Under the pieces are notes generated by a model, which saw only the letters and a program-made list of their open reading frames with translations, searched no databases and was not told the origin of the DNA. DNA of 64,000 bases, taken from positions 54,625 through 118,624 of the forward strand of contig JAJYXM010000016.1 of NCBI GenBank assembly GCA_021796435.1, written 5' to 3'. The stretch is from a bacterium. GTDB taxonomy: Bacteria; Patescibacteriota; Patescibacteriia; 2-12-FULL-60-25. The number at the start of each line of letters is the position of its first letter. The stretch's first letter is position 1. Below are positions 1 to 10,664 of the stretch, piece after piece. A program made the position numbers and the translations under genes.

Positions 1-1132
1 CCGTGACGATCGCGACCAGACTCCGCCCCCTTTCGCGCAGCACGGACATGGCCTCGGAGCTGTTCGCTACAGAGATCGTCTCGAATGCCGCCGACAGTTC
101 GCGCTCGAGAAGCCGGCGCATTGCCGCATCGTCATCGACCACGAGGACCCACTGCTTGCCCGGACTGTCGGTCGACGCCTGAAGCGCGCTCCTTGGGACA
201 CTGGGGTCGATCACCACCTCCCGCGGCATGGGATCGCGGATGCTCCCGCAAGGGTTGTCCGCATCAGGACAAGCCGCGGGTTCACCCACATCCCCCTCGC
301 CAGAGCGTGGCAAGACGACCCAGAATCGCGTCCCCCGATTGGTGCCGGGCTCGAACCCGATCCGTCCGCCCATCTCACGCACGACGCGCCGGCAGACGTG
401 GAGGCCGAGCCCCGAGCCGCCCTTCCCACGCCGCGAGGTGACATACGGCTCGAAAATGTGGTCCGCGATTTCCGGCGGGACGCCGCACCCCGTGTCCTCG
501 ACCTCGAAGAGAACCGCACCGTAGGGCTCGAGTGCTGCTCGCACTGTGACGGCATGCCCGGCGGGTTCACCCTCGGAAATGGACTCGGCTGCGTTCAGGA
601 GCAGGTTCAAGAACACGCAGACAAGGTCGCGTTTGCGCCCGCGGACAGCGGGCACAGGCCAAATCTCCTCAACGACCCGTGCCCTCTCGTTGACTCGGTG
701 GCCCGCGATCTTGAGCGCCGTCCGCAGGGTCTCTGCCGGGTCGAACGCTTCTGGCTCACCCACGAAGGGCCGGTGAAGATCTCGGAGTTCACGGACGATG
801 TCCGCGATGTGCTCGACGCCCGTGCTCGCGTCCCGCACGGTCGGGGCAAGGCTCGCACGCAGGTGGTCAGGAAGACCTTCCGCGCCGACATCGCGTTCGA
901 TCACTGCCATGGTCAACTTGAGCCCCTGGAGCACGTTGTTGATCTCATGAATCGCGATATCGGTCATGGCGCCCAAGGTCTCGACTTGGTCCATGCCCGG
1001 CTGCGTGGTCCGGCAATCCGTTTCGCGCGACTCGGGGACGTCGGACTCGAACGCCGTCCGAGGCGGAGCAGTGCGGCCGGCGTCCTCACTGGTGTCAGCG
1101 GTTCGCGCGCCACGGATGAGTTTCCCGTTCAT
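1..1132 (-). CDS. Hybrid sensor histidine kinase (HisKA, HATPase_c and C-terminal receiver). The 3' end runs off the window edge.
   Basis: Hand translation of the minus frame that the ORF track omits. H-box IAIHEINNVLQGL. N-box LVCVFLNLLLNAAESI. G-boxes DTGCGVPPEIADHIFEPYVTSRRGKGGSGLGLHVCRRVV. Receiver start WVLVVDDDAAMRRLLEREL continues past position 1. ATG at 1130-1132 (MNGKLIRG). Confidence 0.8.
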   Translation of the reverse strand, partial: MNGKLIRGARTADTSEDAGRTAPPRTAFESDVPESRETDCRTTQPGMDQVETLGAMTDIAIHEINNVLQGLKLTMAVIERDVGAEGLPDHLRASLAPTVRDASTGVEHIADIVRELRDLHRPFVGEPEAFDPAETLRTALKIAGHRVNERARVVEEIWPVPAVRGRKRDLVCVFLNLLLNAAESISEGEPAGHAVTVRAALEPYGAVLFEVEDTGCGVPPEIADHIFEPYVTSRRGKGGSGLGLHVCRRVVREMGGRIGFEPGTNRGTRFWVVLPRSGEGDVGEPAACPDADNPCGSIRDPMPREVVIDPSVPRSALQASTDSPGKQWVLVVDDDAAMRRLLERELSAAFETISVANSSEAMSVLRERGRSLVAIVT

Positions 1133-1298
1133 GTTCAACCAGTGCGCAGAATTCCCGGGTGAGGGCTTCACATAGAAGCGGCGAATTGTCGAACGATCGG
1201 CTCGAGACTTCAACAGCGACGCGGGGCAAGACAGCCCTACACGCGCAGTTCGGTCGCACTCTTAGCCACGCTGTAGGCAGATGGTGCCAGCAGTCCGC

Positions 1299-1799
1299 TC
1301 AGCGTTCCCTGTCCGAGCCGACGGCAACGACGAGGGTCTCGATGAGTTCGTCCGGGTCGAACGGCTTCGGAAGGCAGGCGAGCGCTGCCTGTTGCAGGGT
1401 CACGTCGGGGAGTGAACTCGGAAATCCGCCCGAGCACAGGATGACCTTGACCGCGGGGTTCACTCGCCGCAGTTCCCGAAAGGTCTCCGCGCCGTCCATC
1501 CCCGGCATCTGCATGTCGAGCACGACCGCGTCGATCGCGGCGTGCAGGGCGCGATAGAAGGAGAGGCCTTGCTCGCCGCTTTCCACCTGCAGAACATTGA
1601 ATCCGTGCAGGCTGAGGACGGTCGCAATGAAACTTCTGGCCTCAAGGCTGTCGTCTATCACGAGCACCCGCCCGCGTGGCACCTCGGCCTTCGGACGCAC
1701 GGAGCTCTCATCAGAGCGCACGCTACCATCATCAATCTGTTGCGATTCCTGGGTGTCTGGGCGTTTCCGCATGGGTCGTCTCGGGGACGAATGAGACAC
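1299..1799 (-). CDS. Response regulator receiver domain protein (CheY-like). True start probably lies downstream of the low-complexity N-terminus.
   Basis: VLVIDDS...LDMQMPGMDG...VKVILCSG receiver motifs. It lies directly upstream of the hybrid kinase on the same strand. Confidence 0.8.
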   Translation of the reverse strand: MSHSSPRRPMRKRPDTQESQQIDDGSVRSDESSVRPKAEVPRGRVLVIDDSLEARSFIATVLSLHGFNVLQVESGEQGLSFYRALHAAIDAVVLDMQMPGMDGAETFRELRRVNPAVKVILCSGGFPSSLPDVTLQQAALACLPKPFDPDELIETLVVAVGSDRER

Positions 1800-1960
1800 C
1801 GCGACACCTTCGCGACGCTCGCGAGAGCCGTCGTTGTGATGTCGTTGTTTTTCTGATCATACCCGAAAATCCGCTCGAGGCCAGCCGAAGACGCGGATAC
1901 ACAGGCAGGTCAGCATGCGGGCGAGGGCCGGCACGCACGCGAAGACCGATTCTCCGTCGA

Positions 1961-2590
1961 CTACATCGCGCGCTCCAGCCAGATGGCCTGAAGTTCCGCG
2001 ATCGCTTTGCGTGGATCGCTCGTGGCGCACACCGCTCGGACCACGGCGAAGTTGACGATCCCGAGGGTAAGGACCCAGCGCAGGTTGCCGGTGTTGATGC
2101 CCCCGATCGCGACTGTGGTGAGGGGCGATGCGAGCGCGATGCGAGTGGCACGTTCGGGGCCGAGGGCCGCGTCGGGAGGCTGTTTCGTTGGGGTCGGAAA
2201 GAACGGGCCGATCCCGATGTAGGCCGGTGAGAGGGCTCGCGCATCCTCCTCCTGGGCCTCGTCGTGGGTCGATAACCCGAAGATCTTGCCCGGCGTGATC
2301 CACCGGCGGCGCGCTTCCGCAAGGCTCATGTCGCCCTGCCCGAGGTGCACACCATCGGCGTCGCACGCTATGGCAACCTCGACATCGTCGTTCACGATGA
2401 AGCGCGTCCCGGTGCCGCGGGTCATGGCGCGCAGCCGGCGCGCGACTTCGAGCACCTCCGCTTGAGGGCGGTCCTTCATCCGCAGCTGGAGGTACCGGAC
2501 GCCTTGCGCGATCGCGGCTTCCGTGCACCGCTCATAGCCCGCTCGCGGATCCGAGAGCACGACGTAGAGTCCGAATCGTTCACGCATCAA
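1961..2590 (-). CDS. thiE: Thiamine-phosphate synthase ThiE
   Basis: 209 aa. Motifs [14 protein letters not shown] and IGGI are typical of ThiE. A 4-nt overlap with upstream thi4 gives operon structure. Confidence 0.88.
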   Translation of the reverse strand: MMRERFGLYVVLSDPRAGYERCTEAAIAQGVRYLQLRMKDRPQAEVLEVARRLRAMTRGTGTRFIVNDDVEVAIACDADGVHLGQGDMSLAEARRRWITPGKIFGLSTHDEAQEEDARALSPAYIGIGPFFPTPTKQPPDAALGPERATRIALASPLTTVAIGGINTGNLRWVLTLGIVNFAVVRAVCATSDPRKAIAELQAIWLERAM

Positions 2591-3359
2591 GACCCCTCGC
2601 GATGAGGCTCGCAGCTTTCCGTCCGGAGAGCAGCATGCCGCCGAAGATGGGACCCATGCGGGCGCCGCCGCTCGCGTTGTTCGCCGCCATGCCCGAAGCG
2701 TAGAGACCCGCGCAAAGTCGCTTCGTGTTCGTGACGGTCGATGCTTCGCCTTTCTCCATCCACATCGGCCGCTCGCCCATGATGCTACCGGTCTCGGTAT
2801 CGATCCTCACGCCGGCCTTGCGGCAGGCCATGGCTACGACCTCGGCCGGATGTCCCGTCGCATCAAGGACGGCGCGGGCCGTGATGACGAGCGGATCGAC
2901 GTGCATGCCCATCTTCTGTACCGGGGCCCAGTTCACGACGAGCCCGGCGACGCGGTCCTCGCGGAAGACGATGTCCTCGACCGCAACCGCGTTGAAGACG
3001 GCAGCTCCGGCTTGGGACGCGCCGAACACCAACCCGGATGCGAGCTCGACCGAGTCGACGGTGAAGTAGCCGACCTCGAAGGGGCGGGTCCTTACGTGAA
3101 AGTCTTCGAGGATGGGCAGGGCGTCGGACTGGACCACGACTTCGTTCATGAGCATGGCCCCGCCCCAGACTCCGCCACCAGGCGCAAGCGCGCGCTCGAA
3201 CACGGCGACACGCTTGCCCATGGTCGCGAGATCGCGCGCGGCGACAAGGCCCGACGGCCCGGCGCCGACGATCGCAACATCGACGGACAGGTGCGCCTTG
3301 AGCTTCTCGAAATAGCGTCCGACGATAGCCCGGGTGATCGTTTCTTCCATGGTGGTCAT
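2580..3359 (-). CDS. thi4: Thiazole synthase, Thi4 family (sulfide-dependent archaeal/eukaryote type)
   Basis: FAD-binding [11 protein letters not shown]. GxG and HxGP motifs of Thi4/ThiI4. Start chosen at MTTMEET (ATG 3357-3359) behind a GGAGGA Shine-Dalgarno. The track's longer ORF start at 3413 would lie inside the riboswitch. Confidence 0.85.
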   Translation of the reverse strand: MTTMEETITRAIVGRYFEKLKAHLSVDVAIVGAGPSGLVAARDLATMGKRVAVFERALAPGGGVWGGAMLMNEVVVQSDALPILEDFHVRTRPFEVGYFTVDSVELASGLVFGASQAGAAVFNAVAVEDIVFREDRVAGLVVNWAPVQKMGMHVDPLVITARAVLDATGHPAEVVAMACRKAGVRIDTETGSIMGERPMWMEKGEASTVTNTKRLCAGLYASGMAANNASGGARMGPIFGGMLLSGRKAASLIARGLDA

Positions 3360-3424
3360 GAGTCTTCCTCCAGCAACTCGGGACCCGCTTGGGATCCCGT
3401 GCGCTGGGCTCATCGCCCCCGTGC

Positions 3425-3506
3425 TGCAAGGTTCCCTTCGCCGGCATGATCCGGATCAGGTTCGATGGGTATGCTCTCAGCCGCGCAGCAGTGCGCGGCA
3501 CCCCAA
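3425..3506 (-). promoter_or_regulatory. TPP (THI-box) riboswitch in the 5' leader of thi4-thiE
   Basis: The minus strand reads GGGGTGCCGCGCACTGCTGCGCGGCTGAGAGCATACCCATCGAACCTGATCCGGATCATGCCGGCGAAGGGAACC. It has the canonical CUGAGA, ACCUGAUCCGG and GCGAAGGGAA elements. Confidence 0.85.
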
Positions 3507-3650
3507 CCTCTGCGGGTCCACCATTTCAAAGAACGATGGGGTGACTGGCACCGCAACGCCGCGGTGTAAAGGGGGATCCGACGGCATGGTGACGAAGCGT
3601 TTGCAGCGCTGCGCCTCCCAGCTCAAGCTCAAGTAGGCGCTGCCGTTCGG

Positions 3651-4370
3651 ATGGATCGATGCGCCGAGGTGCAATCAAGGGAGAAACAGTTTGTGGTAGG
3701 ACGCCGCCCTTCCGGAGATGAACTCGCGCCGGCTGAGGAACCAGCGCCTGAGTCGCACGCGCGTCCGGCCGCACTCGCAGGCGATCCGGCCGATACGATC
3801 TCGACGCCGATGCCCTGCTCGAGCGAGTCCACGGATCTGGACCTGGCCTCATCAGGCGAGCGCGCGGTGTTCGCCTGGTTGGAAGGCGACGACGAAGAGC
3901 CGCCGACGAGCCAGAGCGACGACACCCTGCGCGGGATGAGGATCAGCCTCGACGTCTGGGGTCGCTACGGTGCCGCAACCGACGACCGGACAGCTACGCG
4001 AGAACGTCGCCTGCACCGCTTGGTGCGGCAGTACGCTGCGAAGGAATACGCAGCGGCGCTCGCGACCGCCGAGAGGATGCTGCGGGACGATTCACAAGAC
4101 TCAGATGCCCTGGGGTTCGCGGATGCTTGCCGTTCCCAGCTCGAGGCAGCGCACCTAAAAGCATTGGGCGGCCGCTCGGCCATCATCCGGCTCGTTGCGA
4201 CCGGAAGGATCCTGAAGGCGCTGGAGGCAGACGAACGGACATCACTTCTCGTCGTGCTCGTTCGACAGCGCCTGCCTTTGAGCATGATCCTTGATCGGCA
4301 CGGCAAGCGGCGACTTGATGTGCTCCTCATCGTAACTCGCCTAGTCGCGGCGGGCGTTCTCGCGCGATGA
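3651..4370 (+). CDS. Hypothetical protein
   Basis: Longest consistent frame between the riboswitch and the next genes. It has an acidic N-terminal half and a helical C-terminal half. No recognised motif. Confidence 0.45.
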   Translation: MDRCAEVQSREKQFVVGRRPSGDELAPAEEPAPESHARPAALAGDPADTISTPMPCSSESTDLDLASSGERAVFAWLEGDDEEPPTSQSDDTLRGMRISLDVWGRYGAATDDRTATRERRLHRLVRQYAAKEYAAALATAERMLRDDSQDSDALGFADACRSQLEAAHLKALGGRSAIIRLVATGRILKALEADERTSLLVVLVRQRLPLSMILDRHGKRRLDVLLIVTRLVAAGVLAR

Positions 4371-4483
4371 TGGCGTCATGCGAAGCCGAGGAAAGGGGAC
4401 CATGCTGCGGACAGGGCACTGCTGAGCGGTCCGTCCAACATCAGCCGCGCTTGCGAGTTACCAGACTCCGGCGCGCAATCAGC

Positions 4484-4600
4484 GCCTCTCCATGTCAGCA
4501 GGCTCGACCTTGTCTCGGCGCGGCAGGAGGCCGATGAGCAGGTTTCCGACGGCAGCTACCACAATCGCACCGATCAGGATTTCGAATAACAGTGACATGA
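4484..4600 (-). CDS. Small hydrophobic (single-TM) protein, about 39 aa
   Basis: MSLLFEILIGAIVVAAVGNLLIGLLPRRDKVEPADMERR. A GGGAGG Shine-Dalgarno sits 7 nt upstream of the internal ATG. Confidence 0.3.
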
Positions 4601-4899
4601 TGCCCTCCCAGTGGCCCGCTGGACCCGTCTCGATTTGCACCGCTGACGGCCCACGACGAGCGAGGTGGGCTCGCAGCAGCCGGCAGTCACGTAACATAGA
4701 GTGTCTCGATACGTGCTGTGCGTCCAGCACAATCACGAAACGTCTTCGACGTTCCTCCAACATGCCGACATCGTGCGGAAAAGCGACTCAGAACCTGTCC
4801 GCTGGCGCGGTCTGACTCAAGCCGCGTTGCCGAACAGCTTCGCGCCTGGCGCTTCCTCTGACGCGGCCGGTATCTTCTATGAGCACGACAGTGCAGCGC

Positions 4900-5691
4900 T
4901 CAGCGCTTCGGATCGAACGCGAGGACCTTCATGCAGAGCACGCGATCCGCCAGGGACATGGCGCGTTCCTGCGTCCGCAACATGGCCTGGTACTTTTCGA
5001 ATGAAGCCCGGTCGAACCCGATGCGTCTGTGCCAGAGCGTCGAGACCTTCTCCACGAGCGAATTGTCCAGAGGGCGTTTGAGCACGAAGTGCAGCTCGAT
5101 CACGTAGTCGAACCACTTGCCATCGCCCGTGAGTTCCGCGGCCTTGAGGGCCTGGGAGCACGCTTCCGTGACCTTGCCAGCCGCGATTCCCCGGCCGTCG
5201 CGAGCGAATTCCAGAAGCTGCCTGAGGTCGCTCGCAAGCGGCCGTTCCGGATCGTCCATCCGCGGTGTGGCTGGGAGCTGATCCGTAAGGGTCTCGGAGG
5301 CGTCGAAGACGGAAGTGCTCTGGACGGGTGCTGCTCGAGAATGGCTCACGGCGGCGGTTGCTTGTCGACTCGCAGGTGACTCTGGCTGCTCCGCGGAACT
5401 CAACAAGCCTCGTCCCCTGTTCCCAGCTCTGATCGCGACGATGGATATCTCAATCGACCCGATGCCGATGATGTCGCCTTCGCGTAGGGGCGTCGGGCAG
5501 GCGATGCGTGCGCCGTTCACGCGTACGCCGTTCGTGCTATCGAGGTCGCGCAATGTGACTGCATTCTCCGTGACCACGATCTTCGCGTGGGTGCGCGACA
5601 CCCGTGCTTCGTCGACCGCCACATCACAGGTTGGCGCTCTTCCCAGGAGCAGCTCTCCAAGAGCGAGCGGGATCGTGCGCCCCTCAAGAAC
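4900..5691 (-). CDS. FHA (forkhead-associated) domain protein. Start is uncertain, possibly the GTG near 5691.
   Basis: TIPLALGELLLGRAPTCDVAVDEARVSRTHAKIVVTENAVTLRDLDSTNGVRVNG is a classical FHA core. The track ORF start at 6039 would abut the rpoD stop and its first 110 aa are low complexity. Confidence 0.7.
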   Translation of the reverse strand, partial: VLEGRTIPLALGELLLGRAPTCDVAVDEARVSRTHAKIVVTENAVTLRDLDSTNGVRVNGARIACPTPLREGDIIGIGSIEISIVAIRAGNRGRGLLSSAEQPESPASRQATAAVSHSRAAPVQSTSVFDASETLTDQLPATPRMDDPERPLASDLRQLLEFARDGRGIAAGKVTEACSQALKAAELTGDGKWFDYVIELHFVLKRPLDNSLVEKVSTLWHRRIGFDRASFEKYQAMLRTQERAMSLADRVLCMKVLAFDPKR

Positions 5692-6039
5692 GAGCGCGAG
5701 CGTGCTTGCGTCGTTCGAAGGAGCCGCCGTCTGTCCCTCCAGATCCGGTTGCGTATCGCGAGGATCGTGCACAGCGTGAGCGTAACCGATCCGACCTGGC
5801 ACCGCGAGGCGCAGCGAACGAGCTTTGGAGGCCTGGGCGTCTGCTGTCGGGGGAAATCTAGCCGTGGATCGCTTCCCGCACTGTTGTGCGCGTGTGCGCG
5901 GGGGTAGGGCGTGATGGGGTTCTGCAGCGACAACAGCAACGCTTCTACCGGACGACCTACGGGCCCCGTTCTCTCCCCGGAACCGGATCTCCCCGCCCAA
6001 CGAATCGCCATGGGCAACTCGCCGGTGTGACCCGGCCAA

Positions 6040-7770
<1,731 letters not shown>

Positions 7771-8069
7771 GGGGCGGAGCGTGTCGGAGAACCGGTTAGA
7801 GGACACGGGTCGGGCTCTTCTCGCCGGCTTGTTCTTTCGCACGCGCCACCTCGTTCCCCTCGGAATAGCACGAATGCTCGGGTCGGGCGCGCGCGTGACC
7901 ATACGCAACGCCGACCTGGCCGGCGCTTGTCGTTCGTCGTGTACCGCGCACCGAGAAGATCCCAGAAGACCACAGGATGACGCAGCCCAAACGGCCACAA
8001 CCACGGCATCTGGCGGTTCCGCCTTCGTGGCCTTCGTCGCCTTGACGCATCCGTGCGCGGGCGATTTAC

Positions 8070-8375
8070 TTGCTCCATATGGCGAGAATGAAATCAGCGA
8101 ACAAATTGCGCACCGCCGCTCCCAGGCGCGTTGTCCCCAAGGTCACCCGCACTCTCCTCTACCGCGTCGACCTCATCGCCGAGGACGACGGGAGTTGGAC
8201 GGTTGACGTGCCGGATCTGCCTGGATGCGTGACCTGGGGGAGGACGCGCGAGGAAGCCCTGATGCACGCGCATGAAGCGATTCTGGCGTACCTCGACGCC
8301 CTCGAGAAGTTGGGCGACCCCGTCCCGAGCGGCGCGCCGCAGCACGAAGCAGTGACCGTCGCGATCACCATATGA
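8070..8375 (+). CDS. hicB: HicB-family antitoxin (UPF0150)
   Basis: About 100 aa. RNase-H-like HicB N-domain pattern ([45 protein letters not shown]). It overlaps the downstream toxin gene by 4 nt. Confidence 0.72.
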   Translation: MLHMARMKSANKLRTAAPRRVVPKVTRTLLYRVDLIAEDDGSWTVDVPDLPGCVTWGRTREEALMHAHEAILAYLDALEKLGDPVPSGAPQHEAVTVAITI

Positions 8376-8653
8376 CTTTGCCGGAATTGCGTGGAATCAC
8401 GCCCCGCGAACTGGTGCGCGCCCTGGAGCGCGATGGCTTCAGGCTCGTGACGATCGTGGGCAGCCATCATGTTTTCGTGGGTGCCGCGGGCCGCAAGGTG
8501 GTCGTCGCATTCCATTCACGCGGCGCCACGTTTCCACCGGGCACGCTCCACGCGATCCTGAAGCGCACGGGCTGGGAGATGACTGACCTTGTGCGACTCG
8601 GCCTCCTGCGTCGCAGGTCGGAGCGACCGGACGACGGGCAGAAGGCGGCGTAG
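8372..8653 (+). CDS. hicA: HicA-family mRNA interferase toxin (YcfA-like)
   Basis: ELVRALERDGFRLVTIVGSHHVFVGAAGRKVVVAFHSRGATFPPGTLHAILKRTGW matches the HicA dsRBD-fold signature (GSHH, PxG). Confidence 0.7.
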   Translation: MTLPELRGITPRELVRALERDGFRLVTIVGSHHVFVGAAGRKVVVAFHSRGATFPPGTLHAILKRTGWEMTDLVRLGLLRRRSERPDDGQKAA

Positions 8654-8668
8654 CGCATCCTCGCCCGT

Positions 8669-9883
8669 ATGCGCTCCCACATCCCAGCGTTCCTCGAACA
8701 CCTCGCTGCCCGCAAGAGCCCCCGCACCGTGAGGTCATACGGCGCCGTACTCGCCGCCTTCGCTGACTTCCGGGTCGCCGCAGGGCATGACCTGGCAGCC
8801 GTCCCATCAGCCTCGCAAGTCGAGGCTTTTCTTGTTCGTCCCTGCGCCGACGGCACTCCGCGATCCCCCGGAACGCAGAACCAGGAGCTCTCCGCCCTGC
8901 GTGCCTTCGGGAAGTTCGCGGTGCCCGAGCTGGGTTGGCCTGACAACCCCGCCGCTGCCGTCCCCTTCATGAAGGAGCCAGAGCGCGACCCGGCTGTGCC
9001 CTCAATCTTCGAGGTACGGCAGCTCTTCCTAGCCGCGTCGAAGATCGCGGAGCCCGTTGCCCGCTCCCGCGCCCTCGCCGTCCTCGCGCTGCTATCCCAA
9101 CTCGGACTGCGCGTACACGAGCTCGTCGCGCTCGATCTCCATCAGGTCGACCTCGTCACGGGCACACTGGTGGCGGTTAGGGGCAAAGGAGCGACCGAGC
9201 ACGACCTGCCCTTGAACAGCCAGTCCGCGGCGCTGCTCGCGGCGTGGATTGCTGACCGTAAAGAGATATCGCGGGAGGGCGAAGCTGCGCTTTTTGTCTC
9301 GTCGCGTGGGACGCGGATTTCGATCCGCACGGTGCAGCGCCTGGTCGAGTCGCTCAGGCGCGCAACCGGTACCCCGAAGCACTTCTCCTGCCACTCGCTC
9401 CGGCATGGCACTGCCACCATCGCCCTCACCATGGGGATCGACATATCTACCGTTGCGGAGCTTTTAAGACATTCGAATTTGAACACCACACGGCGGTACG
9501 CCCACTTGGTGGACGTGAGGCGCCGGGATGCGGTGGACCGCCTGGGAGCCACGGTTCCGCCCGCAGTCCTGCCGCCGCCCATCCGTGAACCAGCATCCGA
9601 GAATTTCGCCGATGCGGCGCAGAATGCCGTTGACGTCCTTGGAGACTTGGGCGACACTCCGCCCTCGGAATTGGCGCCCAAGGCGCCCGACTTGACCCGG
9701 AGCAAAGGTCGCGGTTCTCTCACGTCGAGAAGCCGCGCGCCCGCGTTCCATCCGTCCGAGGGGAACCCAACCGATGCCGCGCGCCACCAAGCCTTCTTCG
9801 CCTTCGGGCTCGCGCTCGGCCTCCTGGTCTGGCCCTCCCGTGCCGCGTTCGGACCTCCGACGGTCATGCCAGCGGGCGGTTGA
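8669..9883 (+). CDS. Tyrosine recombinase/integrase (XerC/XerD-like) with a disordered C-terminal tail
   Basis: Catalytic residues present: R...HSLRHGTAT...LLRHSNLNTTRRYAHL (R-H-R-Y). Confidence 0.85.
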   Translation: MRSHIPAFLEHLAARKSPRTVRSYGAVLAAFADFRVAAGHDLAAVPSASQVEAFLVRPCADGTPRSPGTQNQELSALRAFGKFAVPELGWPDNPAAAVPFMKEPERDPAVPSIFEVRQLFLAASKIAEPVARSRALAVLALLSQLGLRVHELVALDLHQVDLVTGTLVAVRGKGATEHDLPLNSQSAALLAAWIADRKEISREGEAALFVSSRGTRISIRTVQRLVESLRRATGTPKHFSCHSLRHGTATIALTMGIDISTVAELLRHSNLNTTRRYAHLVDVRRRDAVDRLGATVPPAVLPPPIREPASENFADAAQNAVDVLGDLGDTPPSELAPKAPDLTRSKGRGSLTSRSRAPAFHPSEGNPTDAARHQAFFAFGLALGLLVWPSRAAFGPPTVMPAGG

Positions 9884-10007
9884 GGTGCTGAAGGCGCCGG
9901 AACGCAGTGCTCGCGTAAGGAACTACGCGCGAGTTGGGTCACCGGTCCATGCGCCTGCGGCGCGTGCAGCATCCCTGCCCGCGTCCTTTTCGATGGGGAG
10001 AACGGCA

Positions 10008-10646
10008 ATGCTGACAAGGTGGGTACTCGGGTCGATCGCAGTGGTGACGTTGCTGGCCGCGTGCCTCAGTTGCGAGGCCATCCAGAAGAAGCTCCATGAC
10101 ATTCAGTCGGCGCACGGCGCTGCCATCGTGGCAGGGAACAACCAGGCGAAGCCGATGATGCGCGACGCGGAGAAGCCTGACGGCTACGAAATGATCACGA
10201 GCTACGATGCGGGCGGCGGCAAGTTCGATGAGAGCCTGAAGGGTAAGAAGTTCAAGAAGTGCACGCCCGCCTTGTATCGCGTGTTGCCGGAGCCCGGCGA
10301 GATCATCGCGCATTGGGCCAAGGAACCCATCGAGCAGCTTATTCGCGACGGCAAGCTCAAGAGCGATAGGTACTACGCCCTGGACCACATCGGAGAAGGG
10401 GTCGGCGGCGGGGTGTTCGTCTCCATTCCGGCCTCGGAGCGGGCGGAGTTCGTGAAGAACGTGGAGGAGGGCGGCGGACGCATCTGCTACTGGTCCGACG
10501 GGCAAGTCGATTCTCTGCCGTCGCCCAAGGATTCGAAGCCCATGTACTTCGTCGAAGTATCCAAGTGGGACGGGGTGCTGAAGCCTCACGAGCCAATGGA
10601 TACGGGCACGCCAGCCGGTTCTCCGGCCGGGTCTGCAATGCCGTAG
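10008..10646 (+). CDS. Lipoprotein, function unknown
   Basis: Start chosen at MLTRWVLGSIAVVTLLAAC, a lipobox signal peptide behind a GGGAGA RBS. The longer track ORF N-terminus is Arg/Ser-rich noise. Confidence 0.6.
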   Translation: MLTRWVLGSIAVVTLLAACLSCEAIQKKLHDIQSAHGAAIVAGNNQAKPMMRDAEKPDGYEMITSYDAGGGKFDESLKGKKFKKCTPALYRVLPEPGEIIAHWAKEPIEQLIRDGKLKSDRYYALDHIGEGVGGGVFVSIPASERAEFVKNVEEGGGRICYWSDGQVDSLPSPKDSKPMYFVEVSKWDGVLKPHEPMDTGTPAGSPAGSAMP

Positions 10647-10664
10647 TCGGCGCGTGGAGTCGGC

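Noticed and set aside
398-1162. Plus-strand 254-aa ORF over the histidine-kinase region
   Set aside because: It is antisense to a minus-strand frame with unmistakable HisKA/HATPase motifs. Long antisense ORFs are expected at 68% GC.
1676-2528. Several long Arg/Pro-rich ORFs overlapping thiE and the receiver gene (for example 1676-2230 plus, 1732-2322 minus, 1857-2528 minus)
   Set aside because: Low-complexity alternative frames of real genes with no motif support.
2850-3501. ORFs 2850-3449 plus and 2863-3501 minus overlapping thi4 and the riboswitch
   Set aside because: Alternative frames. The riboswitch and thi4 explain the region.
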